Shown piece after piece: positions 39,800-48,075 of a stretch of DNA of 64,000 bases. Each line of letters starts with the position of its first letter. The stretch's first letter is position 1. Both the position numbers and the translations under genes were made by a program. The notes beneath the pieces are model-generated. The model saw only the letters and a program-made list of their open reading frames with translations, did not search any database and was not told the origin of the DNA. The DNA comes from Bacilli bacterium (GTDB taxonomy: Bacteria; Bacillota_I; Bacilli_A; RF39; UBA660), in contig JAGAYJ010000032.1 in assembly GCA_017940575.1 (NCBI GenBank), positions 11,158 through 75,157 of the forward strand, in the 5' to 3' direction.

Positions 39800-40484
39800 A
39801 GTCTGTTACATCAATTTTAACACCAGGTCCCATTGTTGAAGATACTGATACATTTAGTAAGTATTTTCCTTTAACAGTTGCTGGTTTTGATTTTTGAATT
39901 AATGAAACGAAAGCTTTAACATTTTCAACTAATTTATCAGCATCAAATGAAGATTTACCAACTAAAACGTGAACATTACCGTATGAATCAGTTCTGTATT
40001 CAACACGTCCTTTTTTAACATCTTCAACTGCTGTTTTAGTATCCATAGTAACTGTTCCTGTTTTAGGGTTTGGCATTAATCCTTTTGGTCCTAAAACACG
40101 TCCAATTTTACCTAAAGCAGGCATCATGTCTGGTGTTGCAATCATAGTATCGAATTCGAACCAATTTTCTTTTTCGATTTTTTCGATGTAATCCATATCT
40201 CCAACATAGTCAGCTCCAGCAGCTTTTGCAGCTTCAGCTTGAGCACCTTTAGCTAAAACTAAAACTCTTTTAGTTTTACCAGTACCATTAGGTAATACTA
40301 CAGCTCCTCTTAATTGTTGATCAGCTTTTTTTGTATCAAGATTTAATCTTAATGCAAGTTCAACTGAAGAATCAAATTTAGCTATAGAAGTTTCTTTAAC
40401 TAATTTAATTGCTTCTTCTAAAGTATATGCTTTAGTTTTATCAATTTTATTTAAAGCTTCTACATATTTTTTACTTCTTTTCAT
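39789..40484 (-). CDS. rplA: 50S ribosomal protein L1
   Basis: 231 aa with typical L1 sequence. Follows rplK. Confidence 0.95.
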   Translation of the reverse strand: MKRSKKYVEALNKIDKTKAYTLEEAIKLVKETSIAKFDSSVELALRLNLDTKKADQQLRGAVVLPNGTGKTKRVLVLAKGAQAEAAKAAGADYVGDMDYIEKIEKENWFEFDTMIATPDMMPALGKIGRVLGPKGLMPNPKTGTVTMDTKTAVEDVKKGRVEYRTDSYGNVHVLVGKSSFDADKLVENVKAFVSLIQKSKPATVKGKYLLNVSVSSTMGPGVKIDVTDFDM

Positions 40485-40554
40485 TTTTTAACCTCCTTAT
40501 GTGGTTTTAAGCGGACTTTATTCCTCCCACAGGGAATACTTTTTTTGCGTTTAA

Positions 40555-40980
40555 TTAGTCTTCAACTTTAACGCCCATATTTTTAGCTGTTCCAGCAACG
40601 ATTTTCATTGCTTCTTCAACTGTATAAGCGTTTAAGTCTGGCAATTTAATTTCAGCGATTTCTCTTAATTGATCTTTTGTTAAAGTTGCAACATTTTCAT
40701 TTGCACCTTTACTAGCTCCTTTTTTAATACCAGTAAGCTTTTTAATTAATGAAGCTGCTGGTGGAGTTTTGATTACAAAATCAAAAGTTCTATCTTCATA
40801 TACTGAGATTTCAACTGGAAGAATATCTCCCATTCTATCTCTTGTCATATCATTATATTTTGTACAAAATTCTTGAATATTAATTCCTGCAGGTCCAAGT
40901 GCAGTACCAACTGGTGGAGCTGGTGTAGCTTTTCCAGCTTGAATTTGAATTTTGATTACTTTTGTTACGTTCTTTGCCAC
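40555..40980 (-). CDS. rplK: 50S ribosomal protein L11
   Basis: (V)[28 protein letters not shown]. The start is set at the second GTG because the first GTG (40989) lies inside the AGGAGGTG RBS. Confidence 0.95.
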   Translation of the reverse strand: MAKNVTKVIKIQIQAGKATPAPPVGTALGPAGINIQEFCTKYNDMTRDRMGDILPVEISVYEDRTFDFVIKTPPAASLIKKLTGIKKGASKGANENVATLTKDQLREIAEIKLPDLNAYTVEEAMKIVAGTAKNMGVKVED

Positions 40981-41112
40981 GAAAAACACCTCCTATAAAT
41001 TTTTTTCGCGAGTGGTTCTAATGATTCCGCTTGTTATCTCCCACTTGTTTAATCTATATAAATTTATATATAGCTAGTTTAATATATCATATTTTTAAAT
41101 GTTTGTAAATAT

Positions 41113-41706
41113 TTATTTTAATTTTTGATGTCTTTTAATATTGATTACAATTTTATATCCATCAATTTTTTTCAATACATTTTCATTTGATGGATTTTTA
41201 ATATATTCAGCTCTTCTTATATCTATATTATAATCAATATCATCTATTGTTTTAAGTTCATTTATAGCATCAACAATAAAATTCATAAATTCATCATATT
41301 TTACTTTTGCAAGTATAAAATTGGGAAGAAGGATTTCTTTACCCATTTTCTTAAGAACTAAATCGGATAAATAATTTCTACTTTCCATAAATCTATATTC
41401 AGCCTCTATTTGCATAATCATAGGTGCAAGCATACTTTTCATATTACCAACTATATTCAGATACATTGGATAATATGGACTATTTTGATAAGCAATATCT
41501 TCACTATTAGTTTGCTCATTATTATCCGTTTTATTGTTTTCCTTAAATAAATCCTGAATCATTTTAGCGTTTTCATTATATTTATAATCTAATAATGATT
41601 CTAATTTTTCATCGATATTTGTTTCTTTAGGTATATCTACACTACTTGAATCATTTATTTGATTAAATAATGCATTAATTTCTTCTTGAGATAAATTTTT
41701 ATCCAT
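41113..41706 (-). CDS. Hypothetical 197-aa protein inserted between nusG and rplK
   Basis: The ATG lies 1 nt after the nusG stop, with an AAGGA RBS inside the nusG 3' end. The N-terminus MDKNLSQEEINALFNQ resembles the LSQxEIDALL motif. No other recognisable domain. Confidence 0.5.
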   Translation of the reverse strand: MDKNLSQEEINALFNQINDSSSVDIPKETNIDEKLESLLDYKYNENAKMIQDLFKENNKTDNNEQTNSEDIAYQNSPYYPMYLNIVGNMKSMLAPMIMQIEAEYRFMESRNYLSDLVLKKMGKEILLPNFILAKVKYDEFMNFIVDAINELKTIDDIDYNIDIRRAEYIKNPSNENVLKKIDGYKIVINIKRHQKLK

Positions 41707-41707
41707 G

Positions 41708-42244
41708 TTAGTCCTTAGCTATTTCACTAAGTTGTAATTCAACGATTGTCTCTTGTCCAAATAAGTCTAATGCAACCTCAACAGATTGAGCTTCCATATT
41801 AATTGATCTAATTTTACCTAACATATTAGCAAATGGTCCAGATATAACTTTAACTGTATCATCAACGTTTAAGTCATTTCCAATCTCTAACCTACTCATA
41901 CCCATAGAACCAAGTATCTTATCTACTTCCATTGGAGTTAATGGGAATGGTTTAGCACCTTTACCTGATGATCCGATAAATCCTGTAACACCTGGTGTGT
42001 TACGAACGATAAACCATGCTTCATCAGTCATAACCATTTCAACTAAGATATAACCGGGAAACATTTTCTTAACTTTAGTTTTTTCTTTTCCATCTTTATT
42101 TACTTCTACTTCTGTTTGTTCTGGAACTACTACTCTTAAGATATAGTCTTCCATCCCCATAGTAGATGCACGCATCTCTAATTTTTCTTTTACCTTATTC
42201 TCGTGTCCTGAATAAGTATTAACTACATACCATTCTTTTTCCAT
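41708..42244 (-). CDS. nusG: Transcription termination/antitermination factor NusG
   Basis: 178 aa. WYVVNTYSGHENKV NGN domain and a C-terminal KOW domain. Confidence 0.95.
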   Translation of the reverse strand: MEKEWYVVNTYSGHENKVKEKLEMRASTMGMEDYILRVVVPEQTEVEVNKDGKEKTKVKKMFPGYILVEMVMTDEAWFIVRNTPGVTGFIGSSGKGAKPFPLTPMEVDKILGSMGMSRLEIGNDLNVDDTVKVISGPFANMLGKIRSINMEAQSVEVALDLFGQETIVELQLSEIAKD

Positions 42245-42420
42245 TAAATCACCGTTTTGATTAATGAAAGAACTAAGTCAAGAACTGCAAAGAATACAGC
42301 AAATATTATTACAAATGATAAAGTTGCTGCTGAATTTTTTACCATTTGTTTTTTTTCAGGCCATCTTACTTTTTTCATTTCAGATTTAACACCTACCAAA
42401 AATCTAGCTATTTTTTTCAT
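42244..42420 (-). CDS. secE: Preprotein translocase subunit SecE
   Basis: MKKIARFLVGVKSEMKKVRWP followed by a single TM. Start trimmed to the Met behind AAAGGTGA. The stop overlaps the nusG start. Confidence 0.85.
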   Translation of the reverse strand: MKKIARFLVGVKSEMKKVRWPEKKQMVKNSAATLSFVIIFAVFFAVLDLVLSLIKTVI

Positions 42421-42476
42421 TAAATCACCTTTCATACTTTTTTCCACTAAAAAAACACTTTTTCGTGTTCAATTAG

Positions 42477-42505
42477 ATAATATCACTTTTGTCTTTAAAA
42501 GTCAA
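42477..42505 (-). promoter_or_regulatory. Sigma-A promoter for secE-nusG
   Basis: TTGACT-17 nt-TATTAT, immediately downstream of the pilin-like gene. Confidence 0.5.
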
Positions 42506-42509
42506 TATA

Positions 42510-42887
42510 TTATTGATTATTACAATTAGTATCAACTAATTCAAAATCCGTAAACTCTTTATTAGGGTTTAAAGTTGCTTTAACATACTTAGTTAAAGAT
42601 ATCTCTTTTCTAGATACTGGATCCATTATTGGACTATCTAAGTATTCATCATTTACAAGCTTATCAAGTGATATACAATAGCTACTTCCTACATCAATAC
42701 TTTTATTTATTCCATAATCATCCATATATAATTTAGCAGCGTTATATATAATATCAAGTGTAGATGTGCTAATATCATTTTTCTTTTCATTTATTTGATT
42801 CGTTATTGATGGGATTGCAATTAATAGTATACCAATAAATATAATTGATGCAGCCATCATTTCTATAAGCGTAAAACCTCGTTTCAT
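42510..42887 (-). CDS. Prepilin-type N-terminal domain protein (small pilin/pseudopilin-like)
   Basis: MKRGFTLIEMMAASIIFIGILLIAIPS, with the start at the Met behind AGGTGA. The ORF-track start at 42932 is 15 codons further upstream. Confidence 0.65.
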   Translation of the reverse strand: MKRGFTLIEMMAASIIFIGILLIAIPSITNQINEKKNDISTSTLDIIYNAAKLYMDDYGINKSIDVGSSYCISLDKLVNDEYLDSPIMDPVSRKEISLTKYVKATLNPNKEFTDFELVDTNCNNQ

Positions 42888-42947
42888 ATTATCACCTATT
42901 ATTATTTTATCAATATATTTAATATAATTCAATTTAAACTTAAAGAT

Positions 42948-44078
42948 TTATCTTTTTTTACTTCTTTTTTTATATTTATTAAATTGATTAATAAAATAAT
43001 TATCTGTCATACCTGCAATATAATCAATTACTTTTCTAGCATTGTTAGTACTTTCAATATATTCATCACTCATTTTATTTAAAAAAGCATTATATATATC
43101 AGCGCTATAATCTTCACTTTCAAGTTGATCCATATATGATTCAAATAAAGTCTTAAACATCAATTTATATTCATCAATCATTGCTTTAGTATTTGCTTTA
43201 CTATATATATTTTCATAATTGAATTTTTTTAAATCTCTAAGTGCTTTATAAACTTCATCAGACATTTTAATATATGGTTTATCTTTACTATTTTTAATAA
43301 TATCTAAAATAATATTATTTATTATTGTACTATTATCAGAACCTAAGATAGATGTAATACCATCAGGTATTTCAGTCCTATCAAATCTACCTAGTCTAAT
43401 AGCATCTTCTATATCTCTTCCAACATAAGCAATAACATCAGATAGTCTTACAATACATCCTTCTAAAGTCATTGGTACTAATTTTTTTATTGCATCAGGA
43501 TTAGTGTAGCAATCACTATATTCTTTTAAAAATTCTTCTTTTGTTTTTTCTCTAGGTTTATATTCACCCATTACAAATTCACCATTATGGCATAATATTC
43601 CATCTAATGTTTGAAGAGTTAAATTGCTACCTTTACCATTATTTTCAACATCCATCAATAGTCTAGCACTTTGAACATTATGATTAAAATAGGTATTATC
43701 ATATTTTAAAGATAACTCATTTAATATAGATTCTCCTGTATGTCCAAATGGAACATGACCTAAATCATGACCTAGTGCAATTGCTTCAATCAAGTCTTCA
43801 TTTAAGTTTAAAGCTCTACCTATTGTACGAGCTATTTTTGATACAAATTGAACATGTACCATACGTTTAGATATATTATCATTTTCTTCTAAACTATAGA
43901 CTTGTGTCTTATCAATATATCTTGTATAAGATAGAGAATAAATTATTCTATCTACATCTCTAAAATAACTTGGTCTAATATCTTCTTCATAAGGTTTTAA
44001 GTGAATTGCATCTGAATCTTTTGTAGCATATTCTGAATAAGTATTTTCATATTTTAACATTCTTGATTTAGTATCCAT
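42948..44078 (-). CDS. dGTPase-like HD-domain dNTP triphosphohydrolase
   Basis: 376 aa. FRDVDRIIYS..., the HD motif ALGHDLGHVPFGH, and a C-terminal DYIAGMTDNY. Confidence 0.8.
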   Translation of the reverse strand: MDTKSRMLKYENTYSEYATKDSDAIHLKPYEEDIRPSYFRDVDRIIYSLSYTRYIDKTQVYSLEENDNISKRMVHVQFVSKIARTIGRALNLNEDLIEAIALGHDLGHVPFGHTGESILNELSLKYDNTYFNHNVQSARLLMDVENNGKGSNLTLQTLDGILCHNGEFVMGEYKPREKTKEEFLKEYSDCYTNPDAIKKLVPMTLEGCIVRLSDVIAYVGRDIEDAIRLGRFDRTEIPDGITSILGSDNSTIINNIILDIIKNSKDKPYIKMSDEVYKALRDLKKFNYENIYSKANTKAMIDEYKLMFKTLFESYMDQLESEDYSADIYNAFLNKMSDEYIESTNNARKVIDYIAGMTDNYFINQFNKYKKRSKKR

Positions 44079-44131
44079 ATTATCACCTCTTAAATTATAG
44101 CATTTTTTTAAAATAACATAAAGAACAATTA

Positions 44132-44362
44132 TTAATTTTCTATCTCTTTATAATCATCAATATATTTATAATTCATATTATTATTATTTGAAATAGCTGA
44201 TATTTTAGTTCCTTTTTCGTATAGGTCTCTTGTACCTCTTGCTACACTTCCACCTCTTTTAGTGACTTTTAAATCATCACTTAATCCAGTAGGTTGTTCT
44301 ATCTTAGCAATATCACGGGTTGCAATTTCATCAATTCCAATAGATGAATCAAAAACTTTTAT
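44132..44362 (-). pseudogene. Startless C-terminal fragment of a Bro-N-family gene
   Basis: A 76-codon open frame without ATG/GTG/TTG: ...IDEIATRDIAKIEQPTGLSDDLKVTKRGGSVARGTRDLYEKGTKISAISNNN... From memory of the family, this matches the GGxVAxxxRxxxExxTG tail seen at the C-terminus of full-length Bro-N/antirepressor-like proteins. Confidence 0.35.
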
Positions 44363-44435
44363 CTACTTTTTTTCCACCTATTTTTATTAATCATAACTTA
44401 AATGATTCTCTATTAATATATAAACAACATTATTT

Positions 44436-45299
44436 TTATTTTTTTGTATCTAATAATTTTTTATCTAATTTTTCAATACCAAGTACATTTTTGTCTTTTG
44501 ATAAAATACTAAGTTCTTTTCTTGCAGCAACATTTAATTTTTCAAGCCTTTCACTTTGTTTTATGTTATTATCAATCATGTTAGCATTTAACACTTCTAA
44601 ATTACTTAAAACTATTAAATAAAGTATATCTGCATAATCTCTTATATTACCCTCTAAATTGGGATTATTTTTTCTCCATTCTCCCGCAGTCATACCAAAC
44701 AATGCAACATTTATTACATCAGCTTCATTTGCATAAACAAATTGTTTTTGTTTCTCAGTAAGCTTAGGTACAATATTTCCCTTAATACTATCTGTATGTA
44801 TTCTATAATTAGTTTTAGATAGACTTCTTCTAACAGACCATTCTATTTTTTCTTGATAACTTTCATTATATTTTAATCTTTTAAATTCCTTTATTAAATA
44901 TATTTTAAATAAATTGTCAATCCATGAAGCAAATTCTAATGCTATGTCAGCATGTGCAAATGTTCCAACACTATATTTACCTTTACTATATGTCATACCA
45001 ATAGCATTAACTCTTGTACACCATTGACTTGGTGTCATTGTAAAAGACCTTTTAGGTGCTTCGTTTTTAATTAGGCTGAATTCCGCCGAATTAAAATTTT
45101 CATTACTTAATTCTTCCCATAATCCTAGAAATTCTATTGTATCATAATTACTTAGCCATTTTTTTATTACATCTGATGGATCATTTGGATTTTTATATCT
45201 TGCTAAATCTGTTAATGAAATATAATCCTCATCATTAATTCTCATTACTCTAATTTCACTTTCATTTACATTCATAATAGTTGTAATTCTATCATTCAT
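44436..45299 (-). CDS. KilA-N domain DNA-binding protein
   Basis: 287 aa. RVMRINDEDYISLTDLARYKN...DVIKKWLSNYDTIEFLGLWEELSN...FAHADIALEFASWI. Confidence 0.7.
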   Translation of the reverse strand: MNDRITTIMNVNESEIRVMRINDEDYISLTDLARYKNPNDPSDVIKKWLSNYDTIEFLGLWEELSNENFNSAEFSLIKNEAPKRSFTMTPSQWCTRVNAIGMTYSKGKYSVGTFAHADIALEFASWIDNLFKIYLIKEFKRLKYNESYQEKIEWSVRRSLSKTNYRIHTDSIKGNIVPKLTEKQKQFVYANEADVINVALFGMTAGEWRKNNPNLEGNIRDYADILYLIVLSNLEVLNANMIDNNIKQSERLEKLNVAARKELSILSKDKNVLGIEKLDKKLLDTKK

Positions 45300-45393
45300 A
45301 TAATTAATTCTCCTTTCTTTTTTTTACTATATTTATAATGCCAATATTGATAAAAAAATTTTATAGTGTCTTATTAATTCAACATTAATAAAA

Positions 45394-45723
45394 CTATATC
45401 ATTTTATATAAAACACTCTTCTTTAAAACTAAAACTGATTCGATAAGTCTAAATATTCCCTCAGTATCAAGCGTATCAGTTTCTCTATATTTCCCATCTT
45501 TAGCTATCATTTTTAACTGTACGATATTATCGTACAGTTGACTTCCTTCGTTATTTAATTCATTCTTTAAATCGCTCCAATATCGTCTTGGATTCGAACT
45601 ATTAGTTAATGCTTTAATCACATCAACTACACTGAAATAATACTCTTCCTTTTCATTATCCCAAATACTTCTGATTTCACTGCCTTCAAATAAGTTTGAA
45701 ATAGTTTCTAATTTGTCTTTCAT
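45394..45723 (-). pseudogene. Bro-N-family gene, N-terminal 109 codons only (truncated)
   Basis: FEGSEIRSIWDNEKEEYYFSVVDVIKALTNSSNPRRYWSDLKNELNNEGSQLYDNIVQLKM...FRLIESV, then unrelated residues and a stop. Full-length relatives continue for about 150 aa. The matching tail fragment lies at 44132-44362, beyond the KilA-N gene. Confidence 0.5.
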
Positions 45724-45756
45724 ATAAAACCTCCTATTTTTTAAATTTAAAAACTA

Positions 45757-45791
45757 TTTACAACATACTACATACTACATTTTAATAATAA
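45757..45791. repeat. Promoter/leader repeat, copy 2 (TTTACAACATACT[A]CAT... with an internal CATACTA duplication)
   Basis: Aligned by hand to 46798-46825. It includes a TATTAT -10-like element (45785-45790, minus strand) but has no -35 element or LexA box. Confidence 0.6.
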
Positions 45792-45832
45792 GTTTTTTAT
45801 AAATCTCTTTTCTAATAAAAGAAATCATATTT

Positions 45833-46723
45833 TTATATTAATTGATATTCTCTAACCACTATTCTTTCATCTGAACAGTATTCAATAACAAATTTATTTT
45901 CTCTTTTACAAATTAATATTCCCATTGTATTATTATTTCCATATTCTTTAATATTTTTATCTATATAATTCATATACTTTTGAACTTGTGATATATATTC
46001 TACTTTAAATTCAGTTACTTTAAGTTCTACTACAACATAAGAATTATACTTTATATTAAATAGTAAAAAATCAATATAATGATTTTTATCACCTATTTTT
46101 ATCTTGTATTCACCACCTATGAAGCTAATCGAGTTACCAAGACCTTTCATAAATGATTCTATATCTTCTAATATTAACTGATGTAAGGCTTTTTCATTAG
46201 TTATTTCTGTACTATTCCTATTCCTAATTAATATAGGATTTGGAACTAAATCTTGTAGTTCAATCTTTTCGTCGTTTATAAGTTTATTCTTTGTTTCAAT
46301 AGGTAATCTTTCATATTCCCTATTTTTAATAATCTCTCTAAGCTTATTTCTACTTAAGTTTCTTTTAACACATTGTTCAAAATAATAGTTTATTTCATTT
46401 ATGTCTTTTAATGGTAATAACTCCGAATAATGACTCCATGTCAATTGTGTCGCCACTGGCGACACTTTTCTATTTTTAAACATATTATAAAATTGTTTCA
46501 TTCTAAATAAAGTTCTTCGATTATATTTTTTACCAACTTCTAAAACTAATTTTTTAGAATATTCTTCTATTATATTATCTCCATATTTTCCACCAGCTTC
46601 ATTTAATAATTTGCCAATTTCAAAATATGTCATAACTTTATGTCTTTCTTTTGAATAATCTTTAACTCTCGAATATACTTCGTTATCTATTAGTTTATTC
46701 TTTATCTCATTATAATAATTCAT
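45833..46723 (-). CDS. DUF1016/YhcG-family PD-(D/E)XK nuclease-like protein
   Basis: LTWSHYSELLPL..., and a C-terminal core YIDFLLFN...VVVELKVTEF. The start is at MNYYNEIKN, behind AAAGGAG. Confidence 0.7.
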   Translation of the reverse strand: MNYYNEIKNKLIDNEVYSRVKDYSKERHKVMTYFEIGKLLNEAGGKYGDNIIEEYSKKLVLEVGKKYNRRTLFRMKQFYNMFKNRKVSPVATQLTWSHYSELLPLKDINEINYYFEQCVKRNLSRNKLREIIKNREYERLPIETKNKLINDEKIELQDLVPNPILIRNRNSTEITNEKALHQLILEDIESFMKGLGNSISFIGGEYKIKIGDKNHYIDFLLFNIKYNSYVVVELKVTEFKVEYISQVQKYMNYIDKNIKEYGNNNTMGILICKRENKFVIEYCSDERIVVREYQLI

Positions 46724-46797
46724 ATTGCTCCTTTCTACGATATACATTCTTAAAGATCTAATTTGTTAGTTTTACATTACCTAATAGAAAAAAGAAT

Positions 46798-46825
46798 ATT
46801 TACAACATACTGCATTTTTATTATA
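46798..46825. repeat. Promoter/leader repeat, copy 1
   Basis: TTTACAACATACTGCATTTTTATTATA on the plus strand. It overlaps the -10 element and the start of the 5' UTR of the DUF1016 gene. Confidence 0.6.
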
Positions 46826-46848
46826 GCGAACGCTTGTACGTATGTCAA
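46820..46848 (-). promoter_or_regulatory. Consensus promoter of the DUF1016 gene with a LexA (Cheo) box in the spacer
   Basis: Minus strand: TTGACA-taCGTACAAGCGTTCGc-TATAAT (17-nt spacer). On the plus strand the box reads CGAACGCTTGTACG (46827-46840), one mismatch from CGAAC-N4-GTTCG. Confidence 0.6.
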
Positions 46849-46851
46849 GAA

Positions 46852-46881
46852 AAATAAAAAAATTAGTAAATTAATACTAAT
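46852..46881 (-). terminator. Rho-independent terminator of the pilin/tail-collar operon
   Basis: ATTAGTA-ttaatt-TACTAAT followed by 7 T. Confidence 0.6.
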
Positions 46882-46882
46882 T

Positions 46883-47554
46883 TTATTCATATCTAATTGC
46901 ATACATTACAGATGTGTTTGTTGGACGTGATGTATATTTAGCATAACTTCCAGATGCACTCGTAATATTACCACTAAATGTTGCTTGTGATAAAACAGTT
47001 CCATATGTTTTATCAGCATATTGTGGGTCAGTCCATGATGAATCATTTGTACTAAGACTTCTATAAGAATATAATCCACCTTTATTTGCATTAAAAATAT
47101 GTGCAAACGCTGTACCATCTTGATGCACACCTACATCTGCACCACTACCTTGATTAGCATGACTATTAGTTCCAGTTCCTCTTAAGAATTCCCCTCTTAA
47201 ATCAGGTACTGCAAATGTTGTAGTTCCATCCCCACCAAATTTATTATAAGATCCAAAATTTGTCTTTATATGTTCTGCTAAAATTGGATAATCACTTATT
47301 TTATAAGTTTTACCATCACACTCTAAATAATGTTCTGGTACAATTGTACCCATATAATTTATTATCTCACCTACTGGAGTTTTAATAGTGTCATAATAAT
47401 ATAAGCTATCTATTGCGGCTTCTACATTACTAACATTCCATTTAGAATCTTTTGGATGATACTCTATATTGCTTGCTAGTAAACTAGAAGCTAGTACATT
47501 AGCCATTGTTCCAATTAATACACCTATAATTATAGTTAAAATTGTCTTTTTCAT
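46883..47554 (-). CDS. Secreted/anchored phage tail-collar domain protein
   Basis: An N-terminal signal/anchor, then GTIVPEHYLECDGKTYKISDYPILAEHIKTNFG...GGDGTTTFAVPDLRGEFLRGTG, the tail-collar (Collar) domain signature. Confidence 0.7.
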   Translation of the reverse strand: MKKTILTIIIGVLIGTMANVLASSLLASNIEYHPKDSKWNVSNVEAAIDSLYYYDTIKTPVGEIINYMGTIVPEHYLECDGKTYKISDYPILAEHIKTNFGSYNKFGGDGTTTFAVPDLRGEFLRGTGTNSHANQGSGADVGVHQDGTAFAHIFNANKGGLYSYRSLSTNDSSWTDPQYADKTYGTVLSQATFSGNITSASGSYAKYTSRPTNTSVMYAIRYE

Positions 47555-47555
47555 A

Positions 47556-48017
47556 TTAACCTCTTAAATCATCTAAAGCATCTGCTACAGATTTTCCATC
47601 TTTATATTCTACTTGACTAGCATCAGTAATCTCTTCTTCACATTTTTTAATAGCTTTTGCTAATCCATTACTATATTCAACAGTATAATTACTAATACAC
47701 ATAGATGCACTTTCAACTTTATTGCTTGAAATTACTATTGTTCCGCTTGTAGGTTTTTTACCTTTTACTGATACATTATACTTGCTTTCTAGTGGAAGTT
47801 CTAATTCACCAGTAGGAATTTCATTTTCACCTTTAACTTGATTTAAAAGCATTGCTTTTTCAACGGCATCAATATATCCTATTGCACTAGCCTCAGCTGA
47901 TCCTTTTTTAGCTTTTTCAATTACACTTCTAAGAGCAACTGTAGTAATTAATGCTATAATTGCAAGTATTACAATAACCGCAAGTAACTCAATTAGTGTA
48001 AAACCTTTTTTTGTCAT
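47556..48017 (-). CDS. Type IV pilin-like protein
   Basis: MTKKGFTLIELLAVIVILAIIALITT... It stops 1 nt before the tail-collar gene start. Confidence 0.75.
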   Translation of the reverse strand: MTKKGFTLIELLAVIVILAIIALITTVALRSVIEKAKKGSAEASAIGYIDAVEKAMLLNQVKGENEIPTGELELPLESKYNVSVKGKKPTSGTIVISSNKVESASMCISNYTVEYSNGLAKAIKKCEEEITDASQVEYKDGKSVADALDDLRG

Positions 48018-48075
48018 TTAATTCACTCCTATCTTATAATTAAAGTATATACAATTATATAAAAAAAAGCAAGTA

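Noticed and set aside
40485-41112. L1/L11 autoregulatory leader structures upstream of rplK and between rplK and rplA.
   Set aside because: GGGAG-containing segments are present, but I could not fold or recognise a convincing 23S-mimic structure by eye. Only the L10 leader was clear enough to report.
44132-48017. A prophage, because KilA-N, Bro-N and tail-collar domains cluster here.
   Set aside because: No integrase, terminase, portal, capsid or lysis genes are present. The genes are isolated, partly degraded DNA-binding modules plus a pilin-linked collar protein. At best this is a decayed or mosaic island.
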